From the IMG/VR virus record IMGVR_UViG_3300034073_003340, positions 124,001 to 188,000 of that record: a DNA stretch of 64,000 bases, one strand, 5' to 3'. The stretch's first letter is position 1. Every line of letters starts with the position of its first letter. The position numbers and the translations under genes were made by a program. This document shows, piece by piece, positions 19,334-30,297 of the stretch. The notes beneath the pieces were generated by a model that worked only from the letters and a program-made list of their open reading frames with translations, ran no database searches and was not told where the DNA came from.

Positions 19334-22021
19334 TTAACCAAACATTACATTGAATAGCGCGGTTCCTGCTGCTCCTGATCCTGTGGCGCTTGCTGAAGCG
19401 CCAACAATTTCGATTGCTCCTGGATTGGTGTATCTTATATTGAAAGCACCGGTTGGAATTCTCATAGTTCTGATACCACCAATTGTTCCATTGTCGCCGT
19501 AGCAACCAAAGGAAATTGGGTGACCATAAGAGGGTGTATAGGTAATATTGATCGAAGTTCCAGAGAACGATACAACGAAGTCAGCGTTTGAAACTCCTGA
19601 AATACTAGAAATCGCACCACCGGTATAATTGGCAATAAATCTTACTGAGGTAACATTGCCGGTACCACCTCCACTACCGCCTGACCCACCAGGAATGTTA
19701 ACTTGAGCAACACCGGTTGGGCTTTCTGTTACTGTTACACCAGCACCAGTAAAGTTGATGGTCGTTGGGTTAGAAACAATAGAAGTTCCATTGTTTGCTA
19801 CTGCGGTGATATTACCATTGGTTCCTGCCGGGCCTTGTGGGCCGGTTTCGCCTCGAACTAGTCCCACATCCTCAGAAGTAGCGTCAGTGTAGGTAAGAAT
19901 CAGTCGACCACTTGGGTTTACTGCGGCACTTGTAATACCTCGGCCATCTTCACCATCAATACCGTTGATACCAGCCGCACCAGCTGGGCCACGAGCATTA
20001 CCAGCATCAATAACGGTGCTGTCGCTCATAGCCAAAGTTAGGACACCGGTTGTTTGATTTATTGAGGCCGAAGTTACACTACGACCTGCAGGGCCGGTTA
20101 GTCCTTGTGGGCCCTGTGGTCCGGTATCACCACGAACACGACCCGCATCAACCACTGAGGAATCAGTGTAGGTGACAATCAGGTTACCTTCGGTATTAAC
20201 AGATAGGCTTGTTACACCACGACCAGCAGGACCGGTTTCACCCTGTGGACCAGTGGCACCAGTAACACCCTGCGGTCCTTGTGGACCAGTAGCACCTGTT
20301 TCACCTTGTGGACCTGTAATATTTCCTGCGTTGATGCTGGTGTTGTCACTCATCTCTAGGATGAGATCTTCATTAACTACGCTTGCGGAGACAACATTTC
20401 GACCGGCAGGTCCAGCAGGACCCTGTGGGCCCGCGGGACCGGTATCACCAGTATCACCCTTTGGACCCAATACTGAACCACCAACCACAATAGAGGTAGA
20501 GTCGTTCATCACCAAGGTAAGAGTGGAACCAGTTACACTAGCAGAAGCAATGCTGGTTCCTTGTGGACCGACTTCACCTTGAGGACCCTGCGGACCTGTA
20601 GCACCCGTAGCACCAGGAATTCCTTGGATACCTTGCGGGCCAGTGTCGCCGGTATCGCCTTTTTCTCCCTGCGGTCCTTGTGGCCCGGCCGGACCCGCTG
20701 GTCCTTGAGGACCAATTTCTCCCTGTGGACCTTGTGGTCCAACGATTCCAGTAGCACCAGTAGAACTAATGACTACCTTGTATTGTTGTGTTTCACCAGG
20801 AATGCCAGATGGTTGGTAATCTAAGGTAATTCCAGATCCGGCCTCTAGACGAATATTAGTCTGACGTCCATAATCGATATAACCGCCCGCACCGCCATTG
20901 GCTGTAGGGCTCCAATTCAATAGTCCAATACCGGTGGTTTCCAGAACAGTTCTGCCACTGTTGGGACCTTGTGTAAGGGTCCTAACATTGAGACCGTCGC
21001 CTACAACTAGGTTTCCAATAGGGAACTGCTGATTGCCGACCTCTGTTGGCTTCAACAAGATTACCTGTTGGCCCCCTCCGGATGATGGAGGAGTGTAATC
21101 AATAAAGGCTTCACCCGACAGCCCTCCATATCCTACAGTAAATCCTTCACCAAACGAAAACTTGAAAATGCCTTCTAGGGTCTCTTGATCTGGTGTTTGC
21201 TGTGGATCAATGGGCGTTTCTCCGGCACCATTGACTGTCATTCCTATTAGAATCTGAGCGTTGCTAGCATCCTCATCGTTCTGTTGAACCAAAACGCCGC
21301 CACCAAATGTCAAAGTAGATGCTGAAAACAGATCGCTAAGGACTGGAACTTCGTTACCGTTACCGTCTACCACAAACTGGAAGCCATTGACCTCTAGTCC
21401 TGGTATATGAGCAATGGCTGTAGAAGGTGCTCCGTTTTCAGTAAGAATTTCTACACCGGCACCAGTAAACGCCAATCGCGCAGTTGGGTTAATAGACGGG
21501 GCATCAACATAGCCACCACCCACTTCATCATAAGTTCGTTCAGTTACGATGATACTACCACCAGAACCGGCTGGACCCTGAGGACCTGCTGGACCTTGTG
21601 GACCGGCTGGTCCCTGTGGACCGGTTTCGCCTTGAGGACCAGTAGGACCTGCAGGACCCGCAGGTCCTTGCGGCCCCTGGGGTCCTTGTGGGCCGATAGG
21701 ACCCTGTGGACCAGTATCACCAGTATCGCCTTTATCGCCCTTTGGACCTTGCGGACCAGTTACCGGTGAAGCACTAGCGCCTTGAACTCGAACTGGGCCT
21801 CCAGTAGCAACCTCTCCAGTGCTCAGATATTTTTTACCATCGGCCGCGCCAGGCTGAACTCTAATTGAATTTGAAGTAGTTCCAGGCTCAGCGGCTGAAG
21901 AATTCTGAGCTGCTATCTGGGCAGCATTAGAAGCATCAGCATTTGATGGATCGTTAGGAGCAGTTACCCCTGGAACGGGCAAGTAAGTTCCTGGATTCTG
22001 CGGGGTTGGGACCTTGGCCAT
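19334..22021 (-). CDS. Collagen-like fibre protein
   Basis: Many GXY runs separated by five GR.VTSASV..G.L.LT.SD...DAG.VRG modules. Confidence 0.85.
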   Translation of the reverse strand: MAKVPTPQNPGTYLPVPGVTAPNDPSNADASNAAQIAAQNSSAAEPGTTSNSIRVQPGAADGKKYLSTGEVATGGPVRVQGASASPVTGPQGPKGDKGDTGDTGPQGPIGPQGPQGPQGPAGPAGPTGPQGETGPQGPAGPQGPAGPQGPAGSGGSIIVTERTYDEVGGGYVDAPSINPTARLAFTGAGVEILTENGAPSTAIAHIPGLEVNGFQFVVDGNGNEVPVLSDLFSASTLTFGGGVLVQQNDEDASNAQILIGMTVNGAGETPIDPQQTPDQETLEGIFKFSFGEGFTVGYGGLSGEAFIDYTPPSSGGGQQVILLKPTEVGNQQFPIGNLVVGDGLNVRTLTQGPNSGRTVLETTGIGLLNWSPTANGGAGGYIDYGRQTNIRLEAGSGITLDYQPSGIPGETQQYKVVISSTGATGIVGPQGPQGEIGPQGPAGPAGPQGPQGEKGDTGDTGPQGIQGIPGATGATGPQGPQGEVGPQGTSIASASVTGSTLTLVMNDSTSIVVGGSVLGPKGDTGDTGPAGPQGPAGPAGRNVVSASVVNEDLILEMSDNTSINAGNITGPQGETGATGPQGPQGVTGATGPQGETGPAGRGVTSLSVNTEGNLIVTYTDSSVVDAGRVRGDTGPQGPQGLTGPAGRSVTSASINQTTGVLTLAMSDSTVIDAGNARGPAGAAGINGIDGEDGRGITSAAVNPSGRLILTYTDATSEDVGLVRGETGPQGPAGTNGNITAVANNGTSIVSNPTTINFTGAGVTVTESPTGVAQVNIPGGSGGSGGGTGNVTSVRFIANYTGGAISSISGVSNADFVVSFSGTSINITYTPSYGHPISFGCYGDNGTIGGIRTMRIPTGAFNIRYTNPGAIEIVGASASATGSGAAGTALFNVMFG

Positions 22022-22051
22022 GTTCGATCATCCTCTCAAATGGGGTTCCGA

Positions 22052-22059
22052 TATTTAGC
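22052..22059 (-). promoter_or_regulatory. Late promoter GCTAAATA
   Basis: TAAATA core about 30 nt upstream of operon start. Confidence 0.6.
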
Positions 22060-22079
22060 CCATCTGTGGGCATTGCGCA

Positions 22080-22505
22080 TCAACGAGCGAGTGTGATTTT
22101 CACAACATTACCAAGCTTTGCCAGGGCTAACCTGTCTGCCTCGTATAGAATATCAGAAATATACGTTCGATCTAATTTTGCTCTCAACCACAAGGCGTTT
22201 ACCTTAAAGGTAAATCCAATAGTAGTAGAATCACCACCACTATCATAATCACCAGTTGGTTCATAAGGATTAAGTGGAAATTCAACATAATCAGAATTAT
22301 CTAGTTTGACTATGAACCAATCATTTTCTGTTGGATTCAGTTCTAGAGATGCTTCGATAGAGAGTCTGCCTGTGAAGTTTATGACCTGCATTACCACCGT
22401 ATGTAGGCCACCAACATGATTATACCAGCCGTCGGCCTTACAAGGCTCACCAATAAGATTAGCTTCTCGTTGGGAATTACCCATCATCAAAACGGTCTTG
22501 GGCAT
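22080..22505 (-). CDS. Hypothetical late (probably virion) protein
   Basis: TAAATA at 22527-22534, AGGAG SD; IEASL..P...DWF pattern. Confidence 0.6.
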   Translation of the reverse strand: MPKTVLMMGNSQREANLIGEPCKADGWYNHVGGLHTVVMQVINFTGRLSIEASLELNPTENDWFIVKLDNSDYVEFPLNPYEPTGDYDSGGDSTTIGFTFKVNALWLRAKLDRTYISDILYEADRLALAKLGNVVKITLAR

Positions 22506-22574
22506 ATGACTCTCCTGCTATCTGGGTATTTAACGAATAATGACTTATAGGTCACACACCAGTTAATAGGGGAT

Positions 22575-23363
22575 ATGAGCAATCTATTCAACACGCTGAA
22601 CTTATTCGGAGCAATGGCTAAAGGATCTTGCGACGATATGATAGACCCACCAAGCGGAAGCCTTTCTTATGAGGTAATACCTATTCCAGAAGGTCCTGGA
22701 GTCGAGAAATTACAGCAAGTTCTTTCTCATCTTCCTCAAATAGATATCGAAAAAGGACCTTGGATTGCAGGTGGTTCAGCTAGACGGCTGCTTCAGGGTG
22801 AAGGCTTAGCGTCTGGAGATATCGATATCTTCTTTCCAAATTACGCCTCATGGGAGTTTTTCAGCAAGCATCTGTCTTCGTATGAGATCATCGTCAAAAC
22901 CAAAAAAGCCACTACCTTTTTGATAGAAGGTATGAAAGTTCAGATCATACGGAGAGCTTTCTACAAAGACCTCATTTCGGTATTCAAGGATTTTGACTTT
23001 ACCGTTTGTCAGATAGCGACCGATGGCAAGAATATTGCCTGTACCAAGCAGTCTCATTTGGATATTGTAGATCAAATCTTGCGGCTTGCTACACAGGGAA
23101 CAATCTCCAAGCATACCCTAGTTCAGAGAATGTCAAAATATGTAAACTACGGCTTCCTCCCAGAACTGGGGCTGTACGAAATAATTGTGCGGAGTGGTCT
23201 AGATTATACTAGCGCCTACAACATTTTTAGCGAAACAGAGGTAGCGATTTATGACATCTTTACCGGTGAATCTTCAGACGACAATATTCCGTCCGACTCA
23301 TTGAATGACGGTGTCTTAAGAACTATTGCTCGCAAGCTAGGATTGGAAAAAGAAGATGTCTGA
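22575..23363 (+). CDS. Nucleotidyltransferase (CCA/poly(A) polymerase head-like)
   Basis: IAGGSAR...GDIDIFF...FDFTVCQIA. Confidence 0.75.
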   Translation: MSNLFNTLNLFGAMAKGSCDDMIDPPSGSLSYEVIPIPEGPGVEKLQQVLSHLPQIDIEKGPWIAGGSARRLLQGEGLASGDIDIFFPNYASWEFFSKHLSSYEIIVKTKKATTFLIEGMKVQIIRRAFYKDLISVFKDFDFTVCQIATDGKNIACTKQSHLDIVDQILRLATQGTISKHTLVQRMSKYVNYGFLPELGLYEIIVRSGLDYTSAYNIFSETEVAIYDIFTGESSDDNIPSDSLNDGVLRTIARKLGLEKEDV

Positions 23364-23790
23364 CCTACATGATTTTATCAAACAGCGGTGCGTCTACAGT
23401 AAGCTTGCTGAAAAGCCCGTAGTGGGTCAACACGGGTCACTAAAGCTTGTCTTTATACACGGCTACCCTATGACGCTCAGAGGTTTCTACGCCCTTACAA
23501 CTAGAGCCATCTTTGGCGCAACAGTTCCAATTTACAAACAAATTTGGGATGAACTGAATGCAGAAACTATCTTGCTCTGTGCTGGTCTCAATATCCCGTT
23601 GGTAGAAGGGCGCGAATCACAATCAGTAATTGAAGGGATTCGCGCCGCTGCTGGATGGAATGAGGAAACTGCCAAACAGTTTAACAGACATGGATTCGAT
23701 AGAGATTTTCTATTCAAATGGATAGAAATTGTTGAGAAGCAGGTGGCAGAATTGAGAGAGATTACTCTCCCAGATCAACTACCTCAATAA
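23356..23790 (+). CDS. Hypothetical protein
   Basis: Overlaps NTase stop. Confidence 0.6.
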   Translation: MSDLHDFIKQRCVYSKLAEKPVVGQHGSLKLVFIHGYPMTLRGFYALTTRAIFGATVPIYKQIWDELNAETILLCAGLNIPLVEGRESQSVIEGIRAAAGWNEETAKQFNRHGFDRDFLFKWIEIVEKQVAELREITLPDQLPQ

Positions 23791-23941
23791 GAAGCTTGGA
23801 AACATCTTCACCAAGCAACTGCTCAACCATCATGGTTAGAGCTTCTCTCATATCAGGATTCATGATGATTTCCTGGGTTTCACCGTCTTTGAGAAGCTTG
23901 CTGAGCTTCAATACAACGACTTCTTCGTGTAGCTTTGCCAT
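23762..23941 (-). CDS. 59-aa hypothetical protein (MAKLHEEVVVLKLSKLLKD...)
   Basis: Hand-translated; GGAGG SD. Confidence 0.65.
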   Translation of the reverse strand: MAKLHEEVVVLKLSKLLKDGETQEIIMNPDMREALTMMVEQLLGEDVSKLLIEVVDLGE

Positions 23942-23967
23942 GAGTGGCCTCCTAATTAACTGACTAG

Positions 23968-24204
23968 TTATTTAGTTATAGAGGGAAGCTTGCCTAGAAG
24001 TCGATCCAAGTTGTTTTGAATAGCCTCCATTTGGAGAATATTTTTAGCAACCTGTTCTTTGAGATCCAAAATTTGAAGGGTGAGCATTTCGCTCACCCCA
24101 TTAACACTTGCTAGTTGGGAGCGTAGCTGATTACATTCAGCATCTTTGGCCGCAAGCTCATCACGAAGCTGAGCAGGGGTTTTAAAGTCAATAACGTTGG
24201 TCAT
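23968..24204 (-). CDS. Coiled-coil hypothetical protein
   Basis: Heptad pattern, AGGAG SD. Confidence 0.6.
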   Translation of the reverse strand: MTNVIDFKTPAQLRDELAAKDAECNQLRSQLASVNGVSEMLTLQILDLKEQVAKNILQMEAIQNNLDRLLGKLPSITK

Positions 24205-24223
24205 CTTCCGCTCCTATTATAAT

Positions 24224-24574
24224 CTAGTCTTCGATGACTCGATTTTTGGGCTTGCGACCACGGCGCTTACCGAGAACTGCCTTTCCACCATTGGCGGTGA
24301 TATTGAAAACGTTGGCGAATCTGACTGGATCCATACCATCAATTTCTTCAATATCTTCGGCAAAAACTCTCGAGGGAGCACCACTCCTCAGATCAGCCAA
24401 CTTGAAAATAACTCTTCCGTCCTCTCGAACGATAGCGTCAGTTACTGAAAAGTTATCCACTACCAACACATTGTTGACTGATCCCAATCCCATTGCTTTA
24501 TGACGAGCCCGCACTTCAGTGCCTGCCGGTAGAACTCCCTTGATGACAAGAGCCTCTGCTAGTTTATTATCCAT
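24224..24574 (-). CDS. Hypothetical protein with AT-hook-like C-terminus
   Basis: KRRGRKPK; GGAG SD before ATG 24574. Confidence 0.6.
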   Translation of the reverse strand: MDNKLAEALVIKGVLPAGTEVRARHKAMGLGSVNNVLVVDNFSVTDAIVREDGRVIFKLADLRSGAPSRVFAEDIEEIDGMDPVRFANVFNITANGGKAVLGKRRGRKPKNRVIED

Positions 24575-24716
24575 TTCGAAACGACTCCAAACAATGATCC
24601 GATCCAGGAGCACCGCTTCGATCTATAGGATGTCGTTCGATCTATTGAACAGCCTGTTGCTTAACAACGCTGTGAATTTTGTTTAGCATATCTAGAGGAG
24701 TTATCAACACCAAAGG

Positions 24717-24751
24717 GACACCTGGTACAACTTTTTCTTGTACCAGGTGTC
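24717..24751 (-). terminator. Terminator after clpA
   Basis: GACACCTGGTACAA/TTGTACCAGGTGTC 14-bp stem. Confidence 0.7.
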
Positions 24752-24758
24752 TCTTATT

Positions 24759-27128
24759 TTAAGCGAATAGATCCGCTTGCGCTTCTGTCGTCTTGGATTC
24801 AGAGGAGTTGATAACAAGCTTGTCGTTATCAACTGTCACCGTAGCGTGGCCACCGTCCTTGAGGGCACCAAACAACATAATACGGCTCAGTGGCTTACTG
24901 AGTTCGTCCTGGATAAGGCGGCTCAGTGGTCGAGCACCCATCTTGGGATCATATCCCTTCTTCGCCAAGTAGTTACGAGCGACGTCATCAACGTCGATGG
25001 TAACACCCTTTTCCTGCGCTTGCTTGTTCAGTTGAGTCAGGAACTTTTCAACAATCATGAGCATGTTCTCGCTCTTGAGAGCCTTGAACTTCACGATAGC
25101 ATCAAGTCGGTTCCTAAACTCAGGAGCAAACATCTTTTCAATGACCTTGTCGTCATTTCCAACAGTGCTGTTGTCACCAAAGCCCAGAGTGTTTTTCTGG
25201 AGTTCACTAGCACCAGCATTGCTAGTCATAATGAGGATCACGTTGCGGAAGTTGACGGTCTTGCCTGCGCTATTAGTCAGTTGACCGTTATCCATGACCT
25301 GTAGGAAAATATTGAAGATATCCGGGTGAGCCTTCTCAAGTTCGTCAATGAGCAGAACGCAATGAGGACTGTTCTCGACCGCGTTAGTCAGAAGACCTGA
25401 ACCCGAGGCACCGTCACCAAATCCAACGTAACCCGGAGGCGAGCCAATGAACTTGCTGACCGAGTGCTTTTCCATATACTCGCTCATATCAAAACGATGT
25501 AGTGGAATGCTCAAGGTAGCAGCAAGCTGCTTCGCAAGTTCGGTCTTACCCACGCCAGTTGGCCCAGCGAAAAGATAATTGCCCTGCGGCTTGTTGGGAT
25601 CGCGAAGGCCTGCCCGGCTCAGGAATACAGCATCAACAACGTTATCAATTGCGTCATCCTGTCCAAACACTGCCTTATGCAGATCCTGTTCAAGATGCGC
25701 CAGCTTCTGTGTTTCGTCTTCCTTGACCGTGCGAGCTGGGATCTTCGCAATCCGGCTGACTTCTTCCTCAACCAATTCAATAGTGATCTCGGTCTTGCGG
25801 TCAGCCTCTGGCGTAATCTTCTGACGAGCACCGGCCGCGTCGATGACGTCAATAGCCTTGTCAGGCAGCATCCGGTCAGTCACATAGCGGGCAGTCAACT
25901 CAACGGCGGCTTCCAGGGCCTCCTGTGTGTAGGTAATGCCATGATATTCGGCATATACCTGACTAATACCCTGTAGAATACGCTTGGCGTCTTCTACGCT
26001 AGGCTCATTGACATCCAATTTCTGGAAACGTCGCAGGAGAGCACGGTCCTTTTCAAAATGCTTTCGATATTCCTCAAAAGTCGTGCCGCCAATACACCGC
26101 AGCTTGCCCTTGGCCAATGCCGGCTTCAAAAGGTTTGCCACATCAAGCCCGCCGCTACTGCCGGCTCCTGCTCCCATGATGGTGTGGATTTCGTCAATAA
26201 ACAACATGGGCATAATGCCCTTTTCTTCACCGACCTTTTCTACCGCATCAATAATTTGCTTGACCCGTTCCTCCATGTCACCACGGAACTTGGTTCCGGC
26301 CATGAGAGTTCCGATTTCCAACGAATACACGATGCTGCCCTTGATCGCATCTGGGACATTACCTTCGGCAATCATCTTGGCAAGCCCTTCAACTACCGCA
26401 GTCTTACCGACTCCAGGCTCACCAACTACGACCGCATTATTCTTGGTGCGACGAGCAGTAGTCAGAATAAGTGAATCCACCTCGGCCTCGCGACCAATAA
26501 GCGGGTCAATCTTTCCAGCAAGAGCCTGCTCATTGAGATTAACGCAGAACTTCTCCAAAAGGCGCTCACTCTTGCTCTTCTTAGAACCAGAGATGGGTTC
26601 ACCGTCTTCATCAACTTCAACGGCGGGAGAATCACCGGCGTCCTTGGCCTTGAGATCTGCCACCAGATCCGGTTCGTCATCATCTAGCAGATCATCATGA
26701 GCAATTGTGGTCTTGACATCAAAGGCATCAACATTCTGTTTTGCCAAGAAATAGACCGCATGACTATCCTGATCCTGCTCGGAAAGCAAAGAGACTAGAA
26801 TATCAACAGCGCGAATGGTATGACGACCACTGAAAAGCGCCTGTGTTACCGTTCTCTGAACCACTCGACTCAGAGGAAGAGTTTGACGTGGAGGAGTGCC
26901 ATTGGCTTTGCCAAGAGCACCGCTGGCAAAATGCGAAACCAGATCAGCAGAAATACCAGAGACGTTTGCTCCGATTTCGTGCAGAACTTCGATAACTCGC
27001 TGATCCTGGAGGATGCTGGCCAGCAAGTGTTCCAGCGTAACATATTCATGATCGTGGCGTTCAGCAATTTCTGCCGCACGATCAAAAATTTCCTGAGCCT
27101 TTGTTGGGTCAAATTGATCCAAGGACAT
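24759..27128 (-). CDS. clpA: ATP-dependent Clp protease ATPase ClpA
   Basis: HEYVTLEHLL N-domain, two AAA modules (GEPGVGKT, GPTGVGKT), LGF ClpP-docking loop, GARPL. Confidence 0.95.
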   Translation of the reverse strand: MSLDQFDPTKAQEIFDRAAEIAERHDHEYVTLEHLLASILQDQRVIEVLHEIGANVSGISADLVSHFASGALGKANGTPPRQTLPLSRVVQRTVTQALFSGRHTIRAVDILVSLLSEQDQDSHAVYFLAKQNVDAFDVKTTIAHDDLLDDDEPDLVADLKAKDAGDSPAVEVDEDGEPISGSKKSKSERLLEKFCVNLNEQALAGKIDPLIGREAEVDSLILTTARRTKNNAVVVGEPGVGKTAVVEGLAKMIAEGNVPDAIKGSIVYSLEIGTLMAGTKFRGDMEERVKQIIDAVEKVGEEKGIMPMLFIDEIHTIMGAGAGSSGGLDVANLLKPALAKGKLRCIGGTTFEEYRKHFEKDRALLRRFQKLDVNEPSVEDAKRILQGISQVYAEYHGITYTQEALEAAVELTARYVTDRMLPDKAIDVIDAAGARQKITPEADRKTEITIELVEEEVSRIAKIPARTVKEDETQKLAHLEQDLHKAVFGQDDAIDNVVDAVFLSRAGLRDPNKPQGNYLFAGPTGVGKTELAKQLAATLSIPLHRFDMSEYMEKHSVSKFIGSPPGYVGFGDGASGSGLLTNAVENSPHCVLLIDELEKAHPDIFNIFLQVMDNGQLTNSAGKTVNFRNVILIMTSNAGASELQKNTLGFGDNSTVGNDDKVIEKMFAPEFRNRLDAIVKFKALKSENMLMIVEKFLTQLNKQAQEKGVTIDVDDVARNYLAKKGYDPKMGARPLSRLIQDELSKPLSRIMLFGALKDGGHATVTVDNDKLVINSSESKTTEAQADLFA

Positions 27129-27626
27129 TCACTTTTTCCTTTCGCTTTTAGCTTGCTTTTTTCTCGCAAGATCGAGAGTTAGCTTGCTAACACGATCTGT
27201 AAAACAAACACCGTCGAGGTGATCTAATTCGTGCTGAAAGCACCGGGAAGCAATTCCAGAAAGCTCTTCAGTTATGACATTACCGTCCCGATCTTGATAG
27301 CGAACAGTGATTTCGTCCGGTCGCTTTACTTTGAGTTTGAGGTTTGGAAAACTCAAACAACCCTCAACAAAGGTAACAATTCTATCACCCTTGCTAATGA
27401 TCTCTGGATTATAATAGAAATTTGTCTGCCCACCTATATTCATGGCGAATATTCGGTAGAGAAACCCCATTTGATTGGCGGAGAACCCTATCCCGCCTTC
27501 TTCAATCATCAAACGTTCGAGTTCCGCTTCGATATTCTTTGAATCTGCGGGTGTTTTCTTGAAGTCCCAAACGGAACTCTTGGAGGAGAGACTCTCTGCC
27601 CCTTCGGTCTTTAGGGTGAACATCAC
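27129..27626 (-). CDS. def: Peptide deformylase
   Basis: GIGFSANQ, EGCLS, QHELDH motifs. Confidence 0.95.
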   Translation of the reverse strand: MMFTLKTEGAESLSSKSSVWDFKKTPADSKNIEAELERLMIEEGGIGFSANQMGFLYRIFAMNIGGQTNFYYNPEIISKGDRIVTFVEGCLSFPNLKLKVKRPDEITVRYQDRDGNVITEELSGIASRCFQHELDHLDGVCFTDRVSKLTLDLARKKQAKSERKK

Positions 27627-27984
27627 GTAATAGGTGCCTCGCGTAAGTTTCGATCTGGTCGCGGGCAGTGAGCGTTATATCCATACAGTCCTGGGTTGAG
27701 GGCTGTTCGTCCCGAAACCTGGCTGTTTGAACATACTTGATATTCGTATGTACGTATTCACCTGCACTTACAAGAGCAAAATTCAAATCTCTGATAAGAG
27801 ATTCATCCACCCGACCACCATAGTCACTGGAATCTCGCTCAAACATGCGACGAAAGTTTAGGGCCCAGATATTATACCCCTGGGCTTCTAATGTACATTC
27901 ACGAATCGCCGGATCAGGTCCAGAAGGAGGCGTGGCTTCTGCGATACTACCAAACATCAATAATGTAAGAACAAAATATCGCAT
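27502..27984 (-). CDS. Secreted hypothetical protein
   Basis: Signal-peptide-like N-terminus, AGGAGG SD, sigma70 promoter; overlaps def. Confidence 0.55.
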   Translation of the reverse strand: MRYFVLTLLMFGSIAEATPPSGPDPAIRECTLEAQGYNIWALNFRRMFERDSSDYGGRVDESLIRDLNFALVSAGEYVHTNIKYVQTARFRDEQPSTQDCMDITLTARDQIETYARHLLRDVHPKDRRGRESLLQEFRLGLQENTRRFKEYRSGTRTFDD

Positions 27985-28026
27985 TGTGCCTCCTTGACCA
28001 CCTAGATAGCAAAGAGAGGTTATATG

Positions 28027-28884
28027 TCAACCGTTATTCAAATTACGAGCCTTCTCGATAAGTTCGCGCTGTTCATCGGAAAGTTTTGATGGCGAGAAAA
28101 CGACCTCAACCATCATGTCCCCTCTTTGACCATTTCCCATTGGCATACCCTTACCAGCAGCTCTCAAACTTTGACCAGGTTGAATTCCTGCTGGGATTCG
28201 CATCTTGATCTTACTACCTTCTATTGTGGTAATCTCGCGATCGGCGCCCAACATTGCGTCCATATAATCAATAGTGGTACTGGTAACCAAATGGTATCCC
28301 ATTCTCACAAATACATTATGGGGAATGATGTTTATACGGATGTATAGATCACCCGGCGGGGCTTCGGCTATCGAATTATCCCCTTTTCCATGGAACCTGA
28401 GGCGGATTCCGTCTTGTATACCTGAAGGTATCTTAAACTGAATAGATTGCGCTTCCTTACCAGGTAGATTATATTTGACGTCAGCATCCTTACCCCAGAA
28501 CGCTTCCTCCAAAGTTATGGCATAAGAAATAACGATATCACGATTTACTACGGTATCATACTGATAATGTCTCGCTCGACGATTCTGAATATCACGCAAT
28601 ATATCGTCTAGATTGACAGATCCTCCAAATCCTCCCGGCTGATTACTCCAGTATGACTGTGATCCAGTGCGAAACCCACCAGATCTTTCTAAATCATATT
28701 GGGCCCGTTTGGTTGGGTCCTTGAGAGTATCATATGCTTCGTTGATTTCTTTGAACTTGGCCTCAGCATTTGAAGATTTGTTGGTATCAGGATGAAACTC
28801 TTTTGCCAGCTTGCGATAAGCAGATTTCAAGGTAGCATCATCTGCTGTCGAGGTGACCCCAAGGATCTGGTAAAAATCTTTCAT
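28027..28884 (-). CDS. dnaJ: DnaJ/CbpA-type co-chaperone (no Zn finger)
   Basis: J domain with HPD; GDLY and GKGMP C-terminal motifs. Confidence 0.9.
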   Translation of the reverse strand: MKDFYQILGVTSTADDATLKSAYRKLAKEFHPDTNKSSNAEAKFKEINEAYDTLKDPTKRAQYDLERSGGFRTGSQSYWSNQPGGFGGSVNLDDILRDIQNRRARHYQYDTVVNRDIVISYAITLEEAFWGKDADVKYNLPGKEAQSIQFKIPSGIQDGIRLRFHGKGDNSIAEAPPGDLYIRINIIPHNVFVRMGYHLVTSTTIDYMDAMLGADREITTIEGSKIKMRIPAGIQPGQSLRAAGKGMPMGNGQRGDMMVEVVFSPSKLSDEQRELIEKARNLNNG

Positions 28885-28970
28885 ATATCTGTTCTACACC
28901 TTATTGGCACCAAAGTCAAAATTGACACAATAGCAACTAGCTAATTAGTCGTATGACACAAGGAGCCAAA

Positions 28971-29309
28971 ATGAAAGATATCATCAGTAAAGTTCATGCC
29001 GCTAATCGAGACCGTAGAATGGAAATCTTCGCTCGCAGAATGCTGAAGCTTGGAGAGGAATACGGCGAAGCCAGCCAAGCATATCTAAGCGTTTCTAGCG
29101 AGAAGAACGGAAAAAACAAGACATGGGAAGATGTGCGAGAAGAACTTGTCGATGTTTTGGTGGTCACCGTTGATCTTCTCTGTCATGAGTTTCCAGATGA
29201 AAAAGACACCTCTTTAGAATCCAAACTTGCTAGCATTCATCACGAGCTTGATAGGAAACTTAAGAAGTGGGCCAAGAAGCAAGTTGGTGGCACGGATCAA
29301 AGCGTATGA
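28971..29309 (+). CDS. MazG-like NTP pyrophosphohydrolase
   Basis: KLGEEYGE...EELVDV; AGGAG SD. Confidence 0.75.
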   Translation: MKDIISKVHAANRDRRMEIFARRMLKLGEEYGEASQAYLSVSSEKNGKNKTWEDVREELVDVLVVTVDLLCHEFPDEKDTSLESKLASIHHELDRKLKKWAKKQVGGTDQSV

Positions 29310-29513
29310 TTATAGTCTATGCCTATCGTAACGGTTGGTGGGACGGCGATGGCGGATATGGAATTGCTGGTGGTTCTGAAGCTATCATGAGACAACAAAG
29401 TGGGAACGCCTACCCTGATTCATATATGATAGGTTAGTGCGATGGTAAAAATAATCACCCACAACGCTTCTAAGATATTGATCTATTGACCCGTGTAGTG
29501 CTTTACACCCTAC

Positions 29514-30182
29514 ATGGACTACACCTATACTCCTCCTCCGCCCAAAGCCAACGACGGTTGGATGTCTCATCGCATATCTATTTTTGTAAATGTGGAAAAC
29601 CGAGACTCTTTTTGGAAGTTCTTGGAGAACTACTGTGGACCCAAGGGACAGGATTGGCGATTAGCAAAGAAGCAATCCAGATGGATCTGGGGTGATGAAG
29701 CAATTGACCTGCGCTTTCGTTTTAAAAAGCATGCCATGGTTGTCAAGCTTCAATGGCAAGAGGATGAAGATCCAAAGAAAAAGATCTTTGAACAGATGAA
29801 ATCTCTGCTTTCATCTGTTCAACCCCAAAGCGTTGGTAGAGTATCACGCTTCCCAAATCTGTATTCTTCAAATAGCACCGGCAAGACCTTGTTTCCGTGG
29901 TATTCCAAGTCAATTACCAGTCCAAGTAATAAAGTGCTTTTTGATTATGAATCATACCTTAAGGATTATACAGGGATCTTAAAAATCCTTACCGATGATC
30001 AGGCCAAAGAGCAGAAACCGGTTTCCTTTATAGAAAAATGTCGCGAGCGTGGAGATGCGATTATGACGCCAGCGATGTTAGGGGCTCGTCTCGCCGGCTC
30101 TACCTCTCTTCCAGCTCTGTACAAAGTCCGTCCTGGAGAACGAAGTGAAACAGGCTCGGACCGCACCTCTGGTGGAATTTAA
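29514..30182 (+). CDS. FKLxWG-family domain fused to C-terminal extension
   Basis: WKFLENYCG..DW...LRFRFKKHAMVVKLQW in N-terminal 85 aa. Confidence 0.6.
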   Translation: MDYTYTPPPPKANDGWMSHRISIFVNVENRDSFWKFLENYCGPKGQDWRLAKKQSRWIWGDEAIDLRFRFKKHAMVVKLQWQEDEDPKKKIFEQMKSLLSSVQPQSVGRVSRFPNLYSSNSTGKTLFPWYSKSITSPSNKVLFDYESYLKDYTGILKILTDDQAKEQKPVSFIEKCRERGDAIMTPAMLGARLAGSTSLPALYKVRPGERSETGSDRTSGGI

Positions 30183-30297
30183 ATTGAGTTATTGTGATAT
30201 TCATGTTATTCAGGGTCTACCCGCTGGCGGGTAGCATCTAAATCACACGCATAACACTATAATTCAGTTCAAAGTCTACCGGAGTGGCGATAATATT

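Noticed and set aside
19800-21760. Short DNA repeats resembling a CRISPR/VNTR array
   Set aside because: Explained by Gly-Pro-X collagen codons; no constant repeat-spacer pattern.
24777-27182. Several + strand ORFs over clpA
   Set aside because: Antisense shadows of a conserved gene.
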